Assembly (NCBI GenBank): GCA_963758495.1
Contig: CAVWVI010000003.1
Span: 896,001-960,000 of the forward strand
Direction: 5' to 3'
Length of the DNA stretch: 64,000 nucleotides
DNA from: Oligoflexia bacterium
GTDB taxonomy: Bacteria > Bdellovibrionota > UBA1018
A model generated the notes under the pieces. It was not told the DNA's origin and ran no database searches. It saw only the letters and a program-made list of their open reading frames with translations. Made by a program: the position numbers and the translations under genes. Positions 62,096-64,000 of the stretch are shown here, one piece after another. The stretch's first letter is position 1. The number at the start of each line of letters is the position of its first letter.

Positions 62096-63376
62096 CTACT
62101 TCACCCGATAGGCGCTCACTGTCGCATCATCCATCCCCACTACCAGCAGACCTGTCCCCGAAGCAATTTGGTGAGTATAAATATAGGCTCCCGCATCTGA
62201 TACTGCTGGAATCACATCCCACTTCAGCTCACCTTTAAAATTATAGCTCAAGATATGACCTTCCATGCCATAGGGAGTGGCCTTCTCCAATCCCATGATC
62301 ACTTGATCATTCACAACATGAATAGAAGAAGAGAAGTCAGAGAATAAGGGATCTCCTCGTTTCCACACTTCCCGCAACGATGATGATGATATTGGAGATA
62401 AAGATAAACTTGCAACAAACTGCCCCGAGGGACTATTTCCATAATAAAAGAGCGCATCTCCATTGGGACTGACTTCAATTTGACTAGGTCGAAAACTAGG
62501 CGAGGCAGATCCCACTCGCGCGCCAGCATGATCAAAAACTACTATTTCAGCATCTTTTTTGCGATTTTTATACAAAACCGCTACTTTTAAGTTTTCTTTA
62601 GACGAAAGGCTCACATCAATGACTTCTCCATCCACTTTTCTGTGCCAGACCGGTTGAAAGTCTGAATTAAAAAGGACGACCTTTCCCTTCGATAGCCCTA
62701 TCGCTAGACTCTTCTGATCGCGAGCAACCTTGAGTGCCAAAATATCTTGAGTAATAGTGTGTGAAAAAAGTCTTTTCCCGCTCCAATCTAGAACATCAAA
62801 TCCAATCCTAGGTTCCGCATCATCGTCATAGTAACAAAGTATTTTCTTTGCCTCACTCAGGACTTGCGGCCTGCATGCACCTTCTGACGTCCATAGAGTT
62901 TTCCCTTTTGCATCAATGCCCTGAAGCTGACTTTCGTAATTCGAAATGACTACAAAAGATCCATCCTTAGAAATATCTTGATCTCGGGTGGGTGATTTCA
63001 CGGGGAACTTCCAAACGACCTCACCCTCTGAATTCAACTTTAAAAGGAAGTGCTGATTCGTGCTTCCTTCAATATCAGGATCCGGTGCGGCCGCTATCAG
63101 AATAGCTTGACCATTTTTAGAAATACTTAAACCCGTAATGGCCCCCTTCATTTTTTTGAACCACAGAGAAGGAGTAGAATGGATACCATTTAATGCGCTG
63201 CGCTCTATTTGAGATTTAGACCGTGACTCAGAGAGTGACTCGGATAGTAATGGGGACGACGCATTCGGCTTTATATGTGCACATCCTAAAAACATACATA
63301 AAACCAAGACCATGGAACCTAAGCAACTCTCTCTAAGTAGAATCATTTCTTTCCCGTAGCCCATCGAGCTATGCAA
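62096..63376 (-). CDS. Beta-propeller (PQQ/WD40-like) lipoprotein
   Basis: Lipobox LGC; repeated G..lW blades. Confidence 0.7.
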   Translation of the reverse strand: MHSSMGYGKEMILLRESCLGSMVLVLCMFLGCAHIKPNASSPLLSESLSESRSKSQIERSALNGIHSTPSLWFKKMKGAITGLSISKNGQAILIAAAPDPDIEGSTNQHFLLKLNSEGEVVWKFPVKSPTRDQDISKDGSFVVISNYESQLQGIDAKGKTLWTSEGACRPQVLSEAKKILCYYDDDAEPRIGFDVLDWSGKRLFSHTITQDILALKVARDQKSLAIGLSKGKVVLFNSDFQPVWHRKVDGEVIDVSLSSKENLKVAVLYKNRKKDAEIVVFDHAGARVGSASPSFRPSQIEVSPNGDALFYYGNSPSGQFVASLSLSPISSSSLREVWKRGDPLFSDFSSSIHVVNDQVIMGLEKATPYGMEGHILSYNFKGELKWDVIPAVSDAGAYIYTHQIASGTGLLVVGMDDATVSAYRVK

Positions 63377-63416
63377 TGCTACTGTAATGAAAGAAACCCC
63401 ATAAAAGCTAAAAACT

Positions 63417-64000
63417 ATGCGTATTGCGATCCTCTCCAGAAATAAAAACCTTTACAGTATACGGCGCTTACGTCAGGAAGCCCGTAAAACGAAGATGCGA
63501 TGTGACATCATTAACCCCCTGGACTGCCAACTCGTCATAGATGGAAAACGAAGTCGAATCGTAGTCGCCACTAGCCCCCTACCTCACTACGATGCCATCT
63601 TACCTCGTATTGGGGCCTCGATTACCGAATACGGCCTTTCCGTGGTGAAACACTTTGAAATGCAAGGCATGCTCGCCATTAATGGCTCCCAAGCTATCGC
63701 AGAATCCCGCAATAAAATGAGAAGTCTTCAAGTGCTCACGCAAGCTGGCCTTTTAGTACCAGCAACCGTCCTTACCCGTAGCACCCGAGGGCTTCGAGGA
63801 GCCGTTGAAGCCGTAAAAGGATTACCCGTCGTATTAAAAATTTTACAAGGCACTCAAGGAGTCGGTGTCATGCTCGTTCATACTCCCATTTCATTGGGCT
63901 CTGTGCTGGATACCTTACGCACATTAGATCAGGACGTGATTATGCAACAATTTATTGTAGAAGGAGCTGGCAGCGATTTCCGGGCATTTGTAGTCGGAGA
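63417..64000 (+). CDS. rimK: RimK-family ATP-grasp alpha-L-glutamate ligase (partial, runs off window)
   Basis: Manual translation MRIAILSRNKNLYSIRRL, PRIGASIT, SRNKMRSLQ, GTQGVGV, DFRAFVVG. Confidence 0.92.
   Translation, partial: MRIAILSRNKNLYSIRRLRQEARKTKMRCDIINPLDCQLVIDGKRSRIVVATSPLPHYDAILPRIGASITEYGLSVVKHFEMQGMLAINGSQAIAESRNKMRSLQVLTQAGLLVPATVLTRSTRGLRGAVEAVKGLPVVLKILQGTQGVGVMLVHTPISLGSVLDTLRTLDQDVIMQQFIVEGAGSDFRAFVVG

Overview
Bacterial chromosome segment. Gene content and protein style suggest a Bdellovibrionota/Oligoflexia-like deltaproteobacterium; this is inference, not a database result. The core backbone comprises: the str/S10 ribosomal protein cluster without tuf (1-7.7 kb, with many probable assembly indels), three small OM beta-barrels, clpP-clpX-lon, murI, dusB, pepP, hppD-speA, rnpB, the rpsU-yqeY-mpg-dnaG-rpoD operon with tRNA-Ile2, a five-gene mevalonate cluster, lptC/A-lptB-rpoN-hpf, SCO and rimK. 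Two accessory islands interrupt it. The first (~10.3-15.6 kb) has toxin-tip remnants, a DUF1778/GNAT TA pair and an AAA ATPase behind a perfect 20-bp inverted repeat. The second (~49.6-60.9 kb) has an SDR, an M48 remnant, HigBA, a VOC protein and three large signal-peptide proteins: a coiled-coil protein, an ankyrin-Sel1-RING-finger protein and a Hint-domain polymorphic toxin with a sigma54-type promoter and a probable immunity gene. A dispersed REP/MITE-like repeat (core TTCCTTTAGGGCTGTTGA) occurs five times, once inside a mevalonate-pathway kinase ORF.
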